Positions 1-9,723 of a DNA stretch of 64,000 nt are shown piece after piece (position 1 is the first letter of the stretch; each line of letters begins with the position of its first letter). The notes under the pieces were generated by a model. The model saw only the letters and a list, made by a program, of their open reading frames with translations. It searched no databases and had not been told where the DNA came from. Origin of the DNA: Promethearchaeia archaeon. Its GTDB lineage: Archaea; Asgardarchaeota; Lokiarchaeia; Sigyniarchaeales; SOKP01. The stretch lies in assembly GCA_029856125.1 (NCBI GenBank), contig JAHQWJ010000139.1, forward strand, positions 1 to 64,000, in the 5' to 3' direction. The position numbers were made by a program, and so were the translations under genes.

Positions 1-254
1 CTAATTATTGAAAAAAATTACACGAAAATAACTTAAAAGAAGAATTTCTTTTTTGTTTTCTGAATATGCAGAGAAATTTATACCCCAAATATTTAAATAG
101 ATGACTTTATTGTATATATAAAAAGACTTAAGGAATTTTTTATTCGTTTATCACGAATTTAAAAATCTTAGATTAAATTTTTTAGGAGATACTATTATCG
201 CTAAGAAGATAATCAAAAAATTTTAAAAAAGTAATATGGAAAGTTAGAGGTTTA

Positions 255-2513
255 ATGTTGAGGAAAACAAAAATTTTAATCGTAATTAACATAACATTGC
301 TGGTTTTTTTACTAGGGTTAAATTTGCGCCTAAATAACGCTAACGCTCAAAGTAATGGAGATTCTTTAACTATTCCAACTAATTTTAATTTGCTTGAATT
401 CGGGGAAAATAATGGTATTAAAGAAAATGTTAGCTCCATTGATATAGAAATACCCACATCTTCTTGGAATCTGAACGAAGTACAATTAAATTTTACCAAT
501 ATAAAGCTCGGGCAAGAAACTAAAACGATCGAAGATGGGTTTGATTATAAGTATAAACGTATTTATCGCCAAAATCCAACTTGGAGAACTCACGGTTATG
601 GAATTCAGATCAATGTGACTGAACCTACAATTCTCTATGGGGTTGATCTCTATGGTTATAAAAGTCCGTCAACGATCGAGACAATACAAGTTCAAATTAG
701 AGGGTATGACGATGTTGATAACAAACCAAACGACACGATCTATAGAAGTGCCACTTTGAATATGTCTAGCGATTCAGGATGGCACAAACAAATGTTTACT
801 AACTCAATTTCTTTAGAAACGGGTAGCTATTACTTAGTACTAAATGGATCGAATATCATAGATCCCGACACGGATTATTTTTGGGCTTATAATGATTTTA
901 ATCCATTTTACCCGAGTTTGCATTTATCAGAACTTATTAATCAATGGAGTGTTGGAGTTACAAATTCATCTCTCCTCTATAAATTGATTCAACAAGTAGA
1001 TAGAAGCTTTTTTCCGGAAGAAATTAACATGTCAGTTAATTTAAATGGGGATTCTTATAGCGTAAAAGACGGCGCGTCTTTAGGTTCAGGAAATATTCTA
1101 GTAACAAATTTAAACCAGAATCTAGATGGACCAAATCTAAACATTCCGATTATGATAAATAAATCGATTGAGTTAGATTTTAACCTAAATTATAGCGTAG
1201 GAATGAGTAAAAACTTAGAATGTGAGAGCAGTGTTATGATTGATGAAAATTCTTATAATAGTTGGAGTGTAACTCCTCAACTTTTGAGAGAATTCAGTAA
1301 TTATTCTGTTAAATTCTTTTTTCCGGAGAATTGGTTTGATTTAAGTGTGAAAAGAGATTCGGTTGATATCCAATCTCAGATTCAAATTGATAGTATAGAT
1401 CATTTTGTGTTTATTCCAAATAATACCATTTTAGATGGAGTTGATTGGTTGATTACGGCGAATTCGACAAGAAAATCATTCGACCTAGATGTTGATAGAA
1501 CGGAGTTTATAGCGGGTCAGGAATTGAAATTCTTTATCTCAGAGCCCTTGTTAAATGGAAATTATACTTTTATTTTAAACGACCCATTTCACGATGAGAT
1601 TTACACGAGTAATATTTCTATAGATTCACCTTCAGACTCAAATTCGTTTGCTTATATTATCCCATATAGTGCTATTGATGGAAATTACAAAGCATTTGTG
1701 TATTGGTTTAACGGTACTGATGCGGGCGTAGTAACTCAAATTTTTACAGTAATTTTGCCAGTTGTAATCGACTGGACTTTAATAATTGGTATAATAGTTA
1801 TAGTGGGATTAGGATCAGCGGTAACAGCTTCATCAATTATCCTTGCTAAGAAAAGTAAAAGAAAAAAAATTGCAGCAAAAGAAAAAACTATCAATAAGTT
1901 TATGGATATCTTAAATTTAAATTATGTAATTGTCATTGAAAAGAAATCTTCACTGAATGTGTATGATCAAGCTTTTACTGGGAAAAAATTCAACTCTACG
2001 CTTATTTCAGGCTTTTTAGAAGCAATCCGCACTTTTGGATTTGATATATCAGGGTCAGAGGAACGCTCACAAACAGTTAAACTCGAATATCAAAAATCAA
2101 AAATCTTAATGTCAGACTATAAACATTTCAGGCTCATATTTATTATGAAAGACTTACCTTCTTCACAGTTTTATGGAGTAATTGACGACTTGTCCTTAGA
2201 GATTGAGGAGAAATATGGAATGTATTTGAAAGAATTTAAGGGAAATCTCCAACCTTTTGAGGGTATTGAAAAATTATTGAGAAAACACCTTGGCACTGCC
2301 TTCTTATACCCCCTTAAGTTAACCGGAATTGGTAATATGAAAATTTCTCCTACAGAAAAGTCCTTAATTAATAAAGCAATCATTAAGATGAAACAAACTA
2401 AGCTAGATTCTTTTTACGTAACTCAATTAATTGGAGAGAAATCTTTTGATTCGAAGGAGATAGAGGCGTTGTATTCACTAATTATTAAAAGAGTTTTCAA
2501 TCCATTCTCCTAG
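255..2513 (+). CDS. Single-pass membrane protein: signal peptide, large beta-rich extracellular region, TM helix, cytoplasmic longin/roadblock-like domain
   Basis: Hydrophobic N-terminus ending ANA; many NxS/T sequons; TM WTLIIGIIVIVGLGSAVTASSIILA followed by KKSKRKK; C-terminal LISGFLEAIRTFG...KLEYQKSKIL...FKGNLQPF pattern; paralog of 17461..19749. Confidence 0.7.
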   Translation: MLRKTKILIVINITLLVFLLGLNLRLNNANAQSNGDSLTIPTNFNLLEFGENNGIKENVSSIDIEIPTSSWNLNEVQLNFTNIKLGQETKTIEDGFDYKYKRIYRQNPTWRTHGYGIQINVTEPTILYGVDLYGYKSPSTIETIQVQIRGYDDVDNKPNDTIYRSATLNMSSDSGWHKQMFTNSISLETGSYYLVLNGSNIIDPDTDYFWAYNDFNPFYPSLHLSELINQWSVGVTNSSLLYKLIQQVDRSFFPEEINMSVNLNGDSYSVKDGASLGSGNILVTNLNQNLDGPNLNIPIMINKSIELDFNLNYSVGMSKNLECESSVMIDENSYNSWSVTPQLLREFSNYSVKFFFPENWFDLSVKRDSVDIQSQIQIDSIDHFVFIPNNTILDGVDWLITANSTRKSFDLDVDRTEFIAGQELKFFISEPLLNGNYTFILNDPFHDEIYTSNISIDSPSDSNSFAYIIPYSAIDGNYKAFVYWFNGTDAGVVTQIFTVILPVVIDWTLIIGIIVIVGLGSAVTASSIILAKKSKRKKIAAKEKTINKFMDILNLNYVIVIEKKSSLNVYDQAFTGKKFNSTLISGFLEAIRTFGFDISGSEERSQTVKLEYQKSKILMSDYKHFRLIFIMKDLPSSQFYGVIDDLSLEIEEKYGMYLKEFKGNLQPFEGIEKLLRKHLGTAFLYPLKLTGIGNMKISPTEKSLINKAIIKMKQTKLDSFYVTQLIGEKSFDSKEIEALYSLIIKRVFNPFS

Positions 2514-2603
2514 TATTACTTAATTCTATTTGTACTATAGTTTCAATTATTTTTATTAACGGTATATCTAGAAAAAATTAATATCTGAAATTGATATAGC
2601 ATA

Positions 2604-3107
2604 TTAAATCATTCTTTTCTTCGCATAATTAACTAAGCCACCATCAGAAATTATTTCCTGGAGGAAAACTGGTTGTTTTTTAACTGTATAATGGTGTAGT
2701 GAAGTTGTATTATTGATTATCCCTAATTTTAAATCGATCTCTAGCACATCTCCTATTTTTATATCATCAATATTAGATAATTTTACTATTTGTAAGCCAA
2801 TGTTTATAGAATTTCTAAAAAAAATCCTGGCAAATGAAGGTGCGATAATGCATTTTATCCCACTAGCTTTTAGTGCTAAAGGAGCTTGTTCTCTACTTGA
2901 TCCACAACCAAAATTTGAATTCGCAACTAGGATAGAATAATTATATTCATTAACTTTTTTAATAAAATCGCGATCTAAATCCTCCATACAGTGCTGTGCT
3001 AAATAATTCTTATCTGAATTTATTAAATATCTAGCGGGAATTATTAGATCAGTATTTATGTTTTTTATATTATACTTAATTACTTTTCCAATCATTTGTA
3101 ATCTCAC
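2604..3107 (-). CDS. leuD: 3-isopropylmalate dehydratase small subunit (likely start ATG 3095)
   Basis: NTDLIIPARYL, NFGCGSSREQAP, SFARIFFRN motifs; directly downstream of the large subunit. Confidence 0.9.
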   Translation of the reverse strand: MRLQMIGKVIKYNIKNINTDLIIPARYLINSDKNYLAQHCMEDLDRDFIKKVNEYNYSILVANSNFGCGSSREQAPLALKASGIKCIIAPSFARIFFRNSINIGLQIVKLSNIDDIKIGDVLEIDLKLGIINNTTSLHHYTVKKQPVFLQEIISDGGLVNYAKKRMI

Positions 3108-3115
3108 CCTTTTTC

Positions 3116-4390
3116 TTATAAATTTTCTGGGGAAGTAATATACCCTTTTATCGCTGAAGCAGCTGCAACTGCAGGGCTGGATAAAAAAACCTCGCTATTA
3201 ACATGCCCCATTCTCCCTTGGAAGTTTCTATTTGTTGTGGACAACGCCTTCTCTCCTTCGGCTAAGACGCCCATATGGCCTCCTAAACAAGGTCCGCAAG
3301 TAGGGGTTGAGACTATAGCACCAGCATTAACAAAACTTTCAATATATCCTCTTTCCATCGCTTTTAGATATATATTTTGTGTTCCTGGTATTATTATACA
3401 TCTTAGTTTTTTATTGATTTTACGATTTTTAAGAATTTTCGCAGCATTTCTTAAATCGGCAAGCCGACCATTTGTACACGATCCTATGACTACTTGATCT
3501 AATTCTATTTTCATACCGTGCACTTCTGAAATGGATTTCACATTATCAGGTGAATGAGGAAGGGCAATCTGTGGTTCTATCTTAGCACATTCAATATCAA
3601 TAATATCGTAATATTCAGCATCTTTATCACTACTATAAAAACCATCTTTCGATATCTTTAAAGAATCCAAATATGATCTGGTTAGAGTATCAGGTTCAAT
3701 GATTCCACTTTTTCCGCCAGCTTCTATAGCCATATTACACATAGTAAACCGATCTTCTATAGGTAAACCTTTTATCGAATCACCTGTAAATTCCATAGCT
3801 TTGTATGTGGCTCCATCTACGCCAATTTTTCCTATTGTATATAATATCAAGTCTTTTCCAGAAACCCATTCATTTAATCTACCCGAATAAATGAACCTAA
3901 TAGATTCGGGGATTTTAAGCCAACATTTTCCTAACGCCATTGCTACCCCTAAATCTGTAGATCCAACTCCCGTTGCAAACGCCCCAAGTGCTCCATAAGT
4001 GCATGTATGTGAATCAGCCCCTATAAAAACTTCTCCTGGTTTCACCAATCCTTGTTCAGGTACAAGACAATGTTCAATGCCTCCTCTTCCAACCTCAAAA
4101 TAGTTAGTAATATTATGTCTGGTAGCAAAATCTCTAAGGACTTTACACTGAGTAGCAGAAGCCACGTCCTTATTTGGAGTAAAATGGTCAGGGATTAGAA
4201 TGATTTTAGAAGGATCAAAAACTTCTGCTTTAGAATCTTCTGTCACTTTTTCAAATACTTCTATGGCTATGGGCGCAGTAATATCGTTGGCCAAACATTT
4301 ATCGATATTGGCCATAATAAAATCACCAGCAACGGCTTTTTTATTTTGGCAATGGTCTCTAAGAATTTTCTCAGTAATTGTTAAACCCAT
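3116..4390 (-). CDS. leuC: 3-isopropylmalate dehydratase large subunit (aconitase family)
   Basis: GADSHTCTYGA, IGSCTNGR, CGPCLG, STTNRNF motifs. Confidence 0.92.
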   Translation of the reverse strand: MGLTITEKILRDHCQNKKAVAGDFIMANIDKCLANDITAPIAIEVFEKVTEDSKAEVFDPSKIILIPDHFTPNKDVASATQCKVLRDFATRHNITNYFEVGRGGIEHCLVPEQGLVKPGEVFIGADSHTCTYGALGAFATGVGSTDLGVAMALGKCWLKIPESIRFIYSGRLNEWVSGKDLILYTIGKIGVDGATYKAMEFTGDSIKGLPIEDRFTMCNMAIEAGGKSGIIEPDTLTRSYLDSLKISKDGFYSSDKDAEYYDIIDIECAKIEPQIALPHSPDNVKSISEVHGMKIELDQVVIGSCTNGRLADLRNAAKILKNRKINKKLRCIIIPGTQNIYLKAMERGYIESFVNAGAIVSTPTCGPCLGGHMGVLAEGEKALSTTNRNFQGRMGHVNSEVFLSSPAVAAASAIKGYITSPENL

Positions 4391-4422
4391 AATTTACATC
4401 ATTCGATTTTTTTAAAAGATAT

Positions 4423-6042
4423 TCATTTCATTTCAGCATTTTTTTTCTTAACTATAAGATTCAAACCTTTTACAAGAGCTAAAACCGAGCACATTACAAT
4501 ATCTTCATGAGTAGCACTTGCTTTAACTATGAGATTACTTTCAATGTCCATAATTTCGATAGCCACATGTCCTAATGCTTCAGTTCCTCCAGTAATCGCG
4601 TCAATTTGGAAGTTTAAAAGCTTAATGTTACTCATGGGTTTAAAACATTTAACAATAGCATTGACTGACGCATCTACTGGACCAACTCCTATTGAGGAAG
4701 CGACTTTTTCTACGAAATCTCCATTTCTTATTTTTAAACGCACAGTTGATGTAGGGGTTATGGAACCAGTCAAAACTGTTAATTCTTCAAGAATGACGTA
4801 TTGTTCTTCTTCGGGTATTTCTCCCATAACATCCTTAACAATTGCTAAAAAATCTTCTTCAGAAACCTCATGTCCTTTATCTCCAAAATCTTTAATATGA
4901 TTCATTATTTTACCGAATTCTTTGTCATTCGTATTAATTCCAAGATCTCCCAATTTTGCTTTTAACGCATGTCCACCACTATGTTTCCCAAATTTAATTG
5001 ATTCCTTAAGAATATCCATAACACTGTCAGATCTGCTTATTCCAATTAACTTAGGAGTGATAGGTTCGTAGGTTCGCGCGTTTTTAATCATGGCGTGGGC
5101 GTGAATGCCTGCTTCGTGAGCAAATGCGTTTTGCCCTATCAAAGGTTGGAGGCGTCCTATCCTAACTTTACCACCACAATAACTTTCGATGAGTTTCGCA
5201 GTGGGAAATATTTTTTGCGTGATGATATTCATAGGTAATTGATACAGAGCATAGAGTGACATTGCTGTTTCTTCAAAGGAAGCATTGCCAGCTCGTTCTC
5301 CTAAACCCATAATTGTAGTTTGTGCTTCCGAGGCTCCATTTTCGAATCCCGCAATAGTGTTTGCGACAGCGAGTCCAAAATCGTTATGACAGTGTACTGC
5401 TATTCTAATGTCACTTGGAATTGCTTTATATACATTATTTACCATATATCCGAACGCTTTTGGCGAGATGGTACCTACAGTATCAGGAATGTTAATTCTC
5501 GTTGCTCCGCTCTCAATTGCATTTAAATTTGCTTTAATTAAGAAATCCAAATCAGTACGAGTTGCATCTTCAGCAGAGAATAATACTGTCGAGTAATGCT
5601 CTTTAGCATAAGAAACATATTTATCAATTTGCTCTATTACTTCATCGCGACTCATTTGAAGTTTAGATTTAAGATGTAAGTCTGATGTAGCAATAAAAAG
5701 GTGAATACTATCCATATCCGCTTCAATAACTTTATCTATATCAATTTTTGCCATCCTCGCTAGTCCCATCACTTCAGAATCTAATCCTAATTTAGCTATG
5801 GATTTACACGCTTCAAAATCGCCTATAGAAGTAACTGGAAATCCCGCTTCAATTACATCAATTTTCATATCATTTAGTGTTTGTGCAATAGATATTTTCT
5901 CTTTGTGAGTAAAACTTATACCGGGGGTTTGTTCACCATCACGAAGCGTTGTATCGAAAAAATAAGCTTTATCCGGAAGACTAAGTGAGTCTCTTATTTC
6001 CCCCATTATTTGCGAAACACTTACATTACTGTTTTTTTCCAT
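4423..6042 (-). CDS. leuA: 2-isopropylmalate synthase with C-terminal regulatory domain
   Basis: DTTLRDGEQ, HCHNDFG, GLGERAGN and C-terminal GVGPVDA; operon with leuCD; the Leu-rich leader favours LeuA over CimA/AksA. Confidence 0.85.
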   Translation of the reverse strand: MEKNSNVSVSQIMGEIRDSLSLPDKAYFFDTTLRDGEQTPGISFTHKEKISIAQTLNDMKIDVIEAGFPVTSIGDFEACKSIAKLGLDSEVMGLARMAKIDIDKVIEADMDSIHLFIATSDLHLKSKLQMSRDEVIEQIDKYVSYAKEHYSTVLFSAEDATRTDLDFLIKANLNAIESGATRINIPDTVGTISPKAFGYMVNNVYKAIPSDIRIAVHCHNDFGLAVANTIAGFENGASEAQTTIMGLGERAGNASFEETAMSLYALYQLPMNIITQKIFPTAKLIESYCGGKVRIGRLQPLIGQNAFAHEAGIHAHAMIKNARTYEPITPKLIGISRSDSVMDILKESIKFGKHSGGHALKAKLGDLGINTNDKEFGKIMNHIKDFGDKGHEVSEEDFLAIVKDVMGEIPEEEQYVILEELTVLTGSITPTSTVRLKIRNGDFVEKVASSIGVGPVDASVNAIVKCFKPMSNIKLLNFQIDAITGGTEALGHVAIEIMDIESNLIVKASATHEDIVMCSVLALVKGLNLIVKKKNAEMK

Positions 6043-6074
6043 TTTTCTTTACCTATATTAAATTGATCGTTTTT

Positions 6075-6135
6075 TATACAACCCCCCCTAAAGAGAAAGA
6101 TATCTCCTTCCTTCTAATAGAAGAGAGGGGTATTA
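6075..6135 (-). promoter_or_regulatory. Structured leader segment between the leader stop and leuA (candidate attenuator structure)
   Basis: Minus strand ACCCCTCT can pair with GGGGGGGT; internal hairpins CTTCT-ATT-AGAAG and GAAGGA-GATA-TCTTTC; alternative pairing CCCCTCTCTTCT/AGAAGGAAGGAG. Confidence 0.55.
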
Positions 6136-6231
6136 TAGTAATAATAAGAGAAGATTTAATAATAATAAAAAGGGATAAAATTGCTTAAATGAATTCCTAG
6201 ATTCAATTCTAGTCGTTTTTTGAAGCAGCAT
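6133..6231 (-). CDS. Putative leu operon leader peptide, 32 aa: MLLQKTTRIESRNSFKQFYPFLLLLNLLLLLL
   Basis: Hand-translated ATG CTG CTT ... TTA TTA TTA TTA AAT CTT CTC TTA TTA TTA CTA TAA; 12/32 Leu, 10 of the last 11 codons; same strand as leuA, 90 nt upstream. Confidence 0.8.
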   Translation of the reverse strand: MLLQKTTRIESRNSFKQFYPFLLLLNLLLLLL

Positions 6232-6280
6232 TACTTTTAAATCCCTTTAATTATGTATTAAAAAGTGAATTATAGGACAC

Positions 6281-6288
6281 TTATAAAA
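6281..6288 (-). promoter_or_regulatory. Candidate TATA box for the leader-leu transcript
   Basis: TTTTATAA on the minus strand about 50 nt upstream of the leader ATG; AT-rich background lowers specificity. Confidence 0.35.
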
Positions 6289-6414
6289 CTTGCCAAAAGC
6301 AATAGGTGTAAGTACTAATATCTACATGAACCTTTATATTATCTAACATCAAAAATGAAATCATAAAATAGACTTTAATTTTAACTAACAAGCAAGATTA
6401 GATTTTTTAGGATT

Positions 6415-7938
6415 ATGAAAGAAAAAATGAATGTTTTATTTATTATTACTGACGCTCAACGGGCCGATCATTTAGGCTGTGCAGGAAATCCCATCCTAAA
6501 AACTCCAAACCTCGATAGGTTGGCAAGTGAGGGTGTGAGGTTTACTAATTATTATTGTACTAATCCAATTTGCATGCCTAACAGAGCGACTTTACTCACA
6601 GGATTATATCCAAATGTGCATGGAGTTAGAAGCAACGGAATTAATTTACCCGAAAATACTCCTACCATTACAAAAACGCTTCGAAAGAGCGGGTGGCATA
6701 CTGCTGCTATTGGAAAAATACACCATCAATTTTGGTTAGGCCCTTTTAAGCAAAAAACAAAATCTGCTGAGAGTTTGTTTAGTTGGGCGGTAGATAAAGG
6801 TAAAAACGATCCTGTAGGAAAGAATTTTCCCCTTCCCTATTACGGTTACAACGAAGTGGAAGTGATTTCAGGAAATGGTACTGTGTGCGCTGGCCATTAT
6901 ACAGAATGGTTGGAAGAAAGAGCCCCTAAAATTGCAGAAGAAATGAAAAAAAGAGTTCAGAATTACGACAATCTTTTTAGTTTATATTGCGAAGGAATAC
7001 CAGAAGATTTATATAATACTACCTATGTTCAAGAACGAACAATTGCGTTCCTCGAAAGACATGCCAAGGGTGAATATGGAGAAAAACCGTTTTATTTGCA
7101 TTGTTCTTTTCCAGATCCACATTATCCCCTATATCCGCCTAAGAGATTTCAAGACTTGTATAAACCAGAAGATATAGAACTCCCCGCAAGTTTTCAAGAT
7201 GCTAAGAATTTATATCACCATGAATATTTAGGATATCATTTGAAAAATCCGCCCTTTAAAAAAGCGTTCTTACGAGAATCTACGGAAGAGGAAGTTCGCA
7301 AGATTACCGCTTTAACATACGCAGCTATTGCGTACGTAGATTATAGCGTAGGTAAAATACTAGCGACTTTAGAAAAGTTGGGGTATTCAGAAAATACAAT
7401 GGTAATTTTTACCAGCGATCACGGCGATTTAATGGGCGATCATGGGTTATTATTCAAAGGGCCATGTCCTTTCGTAGGACCTTGTCACATCCCTTTAATT
7501 TGGAAAGTCCCCGGATTAACAGAGTCAGGAGTGTCTCAATCTTTAGTTAGTACTATCGATCTTCCTAAAACAATTCTTAGACTTTTAAATGTAAAAGAGC
7601 GACACCACCCACCTTATATGCAAGGTCTTGACATTTCACAAGTCTTAGAAAATCCAGCAAAGAAAATACGAGATTGCGTTTTAATAGAGAACGACGAAGA
7701 GGTAGGTCCTCTGGAAGCAAGGATAAGGCATTTAATTACTGAAGATTATAAGTTAACTGTTTACGAAGGGTTAGATAATTTTGGCGATATTTACGATCGT
7801 AAAAACGACCCTCATGAATTGAATAATTTATGGGATAACAAAGATTTCCGAGATAAAAGATTCAAGTTGGTAAATAAATTATTGCAAGAAAATCTTAAAG
7901 CACAATCCAAATTTCCAAAGAGAGTTGCTGCTACGTAA
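6415..7938 (+). CDS. Cys-type formylglycine-dependent sulfatase
   Basis: ITDAQRAD, CMPNRATLLTG (CxPxR), GKIH, PDPH, SDHGD motifs. Confidence 0.9.
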   Translation: MKEKMNVLFIITDAQRADHLGCAGNPILKTPNLDRLASEGVRFTNYYCTNPICMPNRATLLTGLYPNVHGVRSNGINLPENTPTITKTLRKSGWHTAAIGKIHHQFWLGPFKQKTKSAESLFSWAVDKGKNDPVGKNFPLPYYGYNEVEVISGNGTVCAGHYTEWLEERAPKIAEEMKKRVQNYDNLFSLYCEGIPEDLYNTTYVQERTIAFLERHAKGEYGEKPFYLHCSFPDPHYPLYPPKRFQDLYKPEDIELPASFQDAKNLYHHEYLGYHLKNPPFKKAFLRESTEEEVRKITALTYAAIAYVDYSVGKILATLEKLGYSENTMVIFTSDHGDLMGDHGLLFKGPCPFVGPCHIPLIWKVPGLTESGVSQSLVSTIDLPKTILRLLNVKERHHPPYMQGLDISQVLENPAKKIRDCVLIENDEEVGPLEARIRHLITEDYKLTVYEGLDNFGDIYDRKNDPHELNNLWDNKDFRDKRFKLVNKLLQENLKAQSKFPKRVAAT

Positions 7939-8119
7939 ATAGAATGAAAATGATTCATTTTTAAAATTACAATGTAAAAATAAAAGTCATAAATAGAGTT
8001 TTTGTGTCTCTGTGCAATAGAATTATGAAAATAGATATTTTTTTTGGATATTTTTAATAAGAAAGATATTAGAATTTTGGTACGAGCCATCCATATAATT
8101 TAATATTCCAAATAATTTT

Positions 8120-8806
8120 ATGAAAGAACCTAAGAAAAAGAAAACAAAAACTCAAGATCGATATAGGTGGGTATACGATGCTATAATATCAAAGTTTTAT
8201 GATGGTTCAATGAAAATTGGTCTTAGTATCATAGGAGAACAGAAGCTAAGAAAAGCGGTCATAAGCTTAATTTCCCCTTATGTTAAGCATAACGATTCAA
8301 TTTTGGACCTATGTTGCGGCACCGGTACTTTAACGACAACATTAGTAGATTCAGTCTATTCTGATTGTGAAATAGTAGGTGTTGATTTATCGGAAGGACA
8401 AATTTTTCAAGCGGTTAAGAAAAAATATCTTCCTAACTTAGAATTCAAAATAATGGACGCTAGCAATCTCAATTTCGCTTCAGAATCTTTTAATATCGTT
8501 TTAATCTCTGCGGCATTACATGAAATGGATAAATCTCTAAGATTTAGGGTATTACAAGAGGCACATCGCGTTTTAAGGAAAAAAGGGTATCTTTTTATTT
8601 TCGAACATCACGAGCCCTCAGAACCTAAACTTCGGATTTTTTACAACTTCTATTTAGGTTTTTGGGAGAAAATATTGTCTCACTCATCAGAGATGCAAAG
8701 AAATATATTTAATGAACTAAAAGATGTTAAATTTAATCCTATTGACCAAATCATCCTTGATAAAAAAATCTTCAAATTTTTTCAATTAATTATTTCTAGA
8801 AAGTAA
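8120..8806 (+). CDS. Class I SAM-dependent methyltransferase (UbiE-like)
   Basis: ILDLCCGTG, GVDLS, ALHEM, RVLRKKG. Confidence 0.85.
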   Translation: MKEPKKKKTKTQDRYRWVYDAIISKFYDGSMKIGLSIIGEQKLRKAVISLISPYVKHNDSILDLCCGTGTLTTTLVDSVYSDCEIVGVDLSEGQIFQAVKKKYLPNLEFKIMDASNLNFASESFNIVLISAALHEMDKSLRFRVLQEAHRVLRKKGYLFIFEHHEPSEPKLRIFYNFYLGFWEKILSHSSEMQRNIFNELKDVKFNPIDQIILDKKIFKFFQLIISRK

Positions 8807-8913
8807 CTTTAAATCTAAGAAAAAATAGTAATTTTTGATTTTGTTTAGCAAATGATAATATTAATAAACTACAAATAAGAAATGTATCTCTCAAATTGAT
8901 AGGTGAAAAAAGT

Positions 8914-9660
8914 ATGACTGAAGATAATAAAAATACTACAAAAGAAGAACAAAATACAAATAAATATCTAATCGGCCCAGGTTTAGGTATTATCATAATG
9001 GGTATGTCGTATTTGGTTTGGTGGCTTATGCCTTTTGCTTTCGATGCATTTAACCAAGATATGCGATGGGCTCATAATTGGGTATATGCTATAGTGATTT
9101 TGAATATCGGTGCAGCGTGGTATTATAAAAGTGCTGTATCACGGATTATAATAGTTTTTCAAGCTTTTATGCTACCAGTGACCGCAAGCGGTTCATTTAA
9201 TACGCTTATTCTTACATATGTTTCTGCTTTTATCGCAATTCTGTGGGTATTTATTGGAATAACTGAAAAAATTAAAGGTAAGAAGTTCTTGATAGAAAAA
9301 CTAAAGCCTAAAACTTGGAATTGGATCAATCTTCATACTATGGTGTTTACTTGGGTACTTCTAGCACATATCAGTTTAGTTTTTTTAATTGGGCGTTTAC
9401 CCTTAGAACATCAACTTCTAGGATTTGGCACATATGCAGGATATTTGGTTAATCTACCCCCTGAAAGCCTTGAATTTGCTACTTGGGCGTTTGATATAAC
9501 CTTACTTGCTTGGGCTGCCATAGTATTATATGAACAAGTCAAAATGGGCTACAACTATAAAAACAAACCATGGCCAAAACTTAGTTTTTGGTGGGTGTTT
9601 GTTTGTATGGGGTCCTCCTTAATAGCTTTACTAATTCAAGAATTAACAATTGGTTTTTAA
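8914..9660 (+). CDS. Multi-pass membrane protein, function unknown
   Basis: About 7 hydrophobic segments; AGGTGA at 8901-8906 supports ATG 8914. Confidence 0.7.
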   Translation: MTEDNKNTTKEEQNTNKYLIGPGLGIIIMGMSYLVWWLMPFAFDAFNQDMRWAHNWVYAIVILNIGAAWYYKSAVSRIIIVFQAFMLPVTASGSFNTLILTYVSAFIAILWVFIGITEKIKGKKFLIEKLKPKTWNWINLHTMVFTWVLLAHISLVFLIGRLPLEHQLLGFGTYAGYLVNLPPESLEFATWAFDITLLAWAAIVLYEQVKMGYNYKNKPWPKLSFWWVFVCMGSSLIALLIQELTIGF

Positions 9661-9723
9661 TAATTTACATTTTTAAATTATTTCAATTATAATTGAACCA
9701 AATTACTATCTAAAGAGTGAAAA

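Noticed and set aside
5985-6188. 67-aa plus-strand ORF in the track
   Set aside because: Antisense to the leuA start and leader; its IIII runs are the mirror of the Leu codon run
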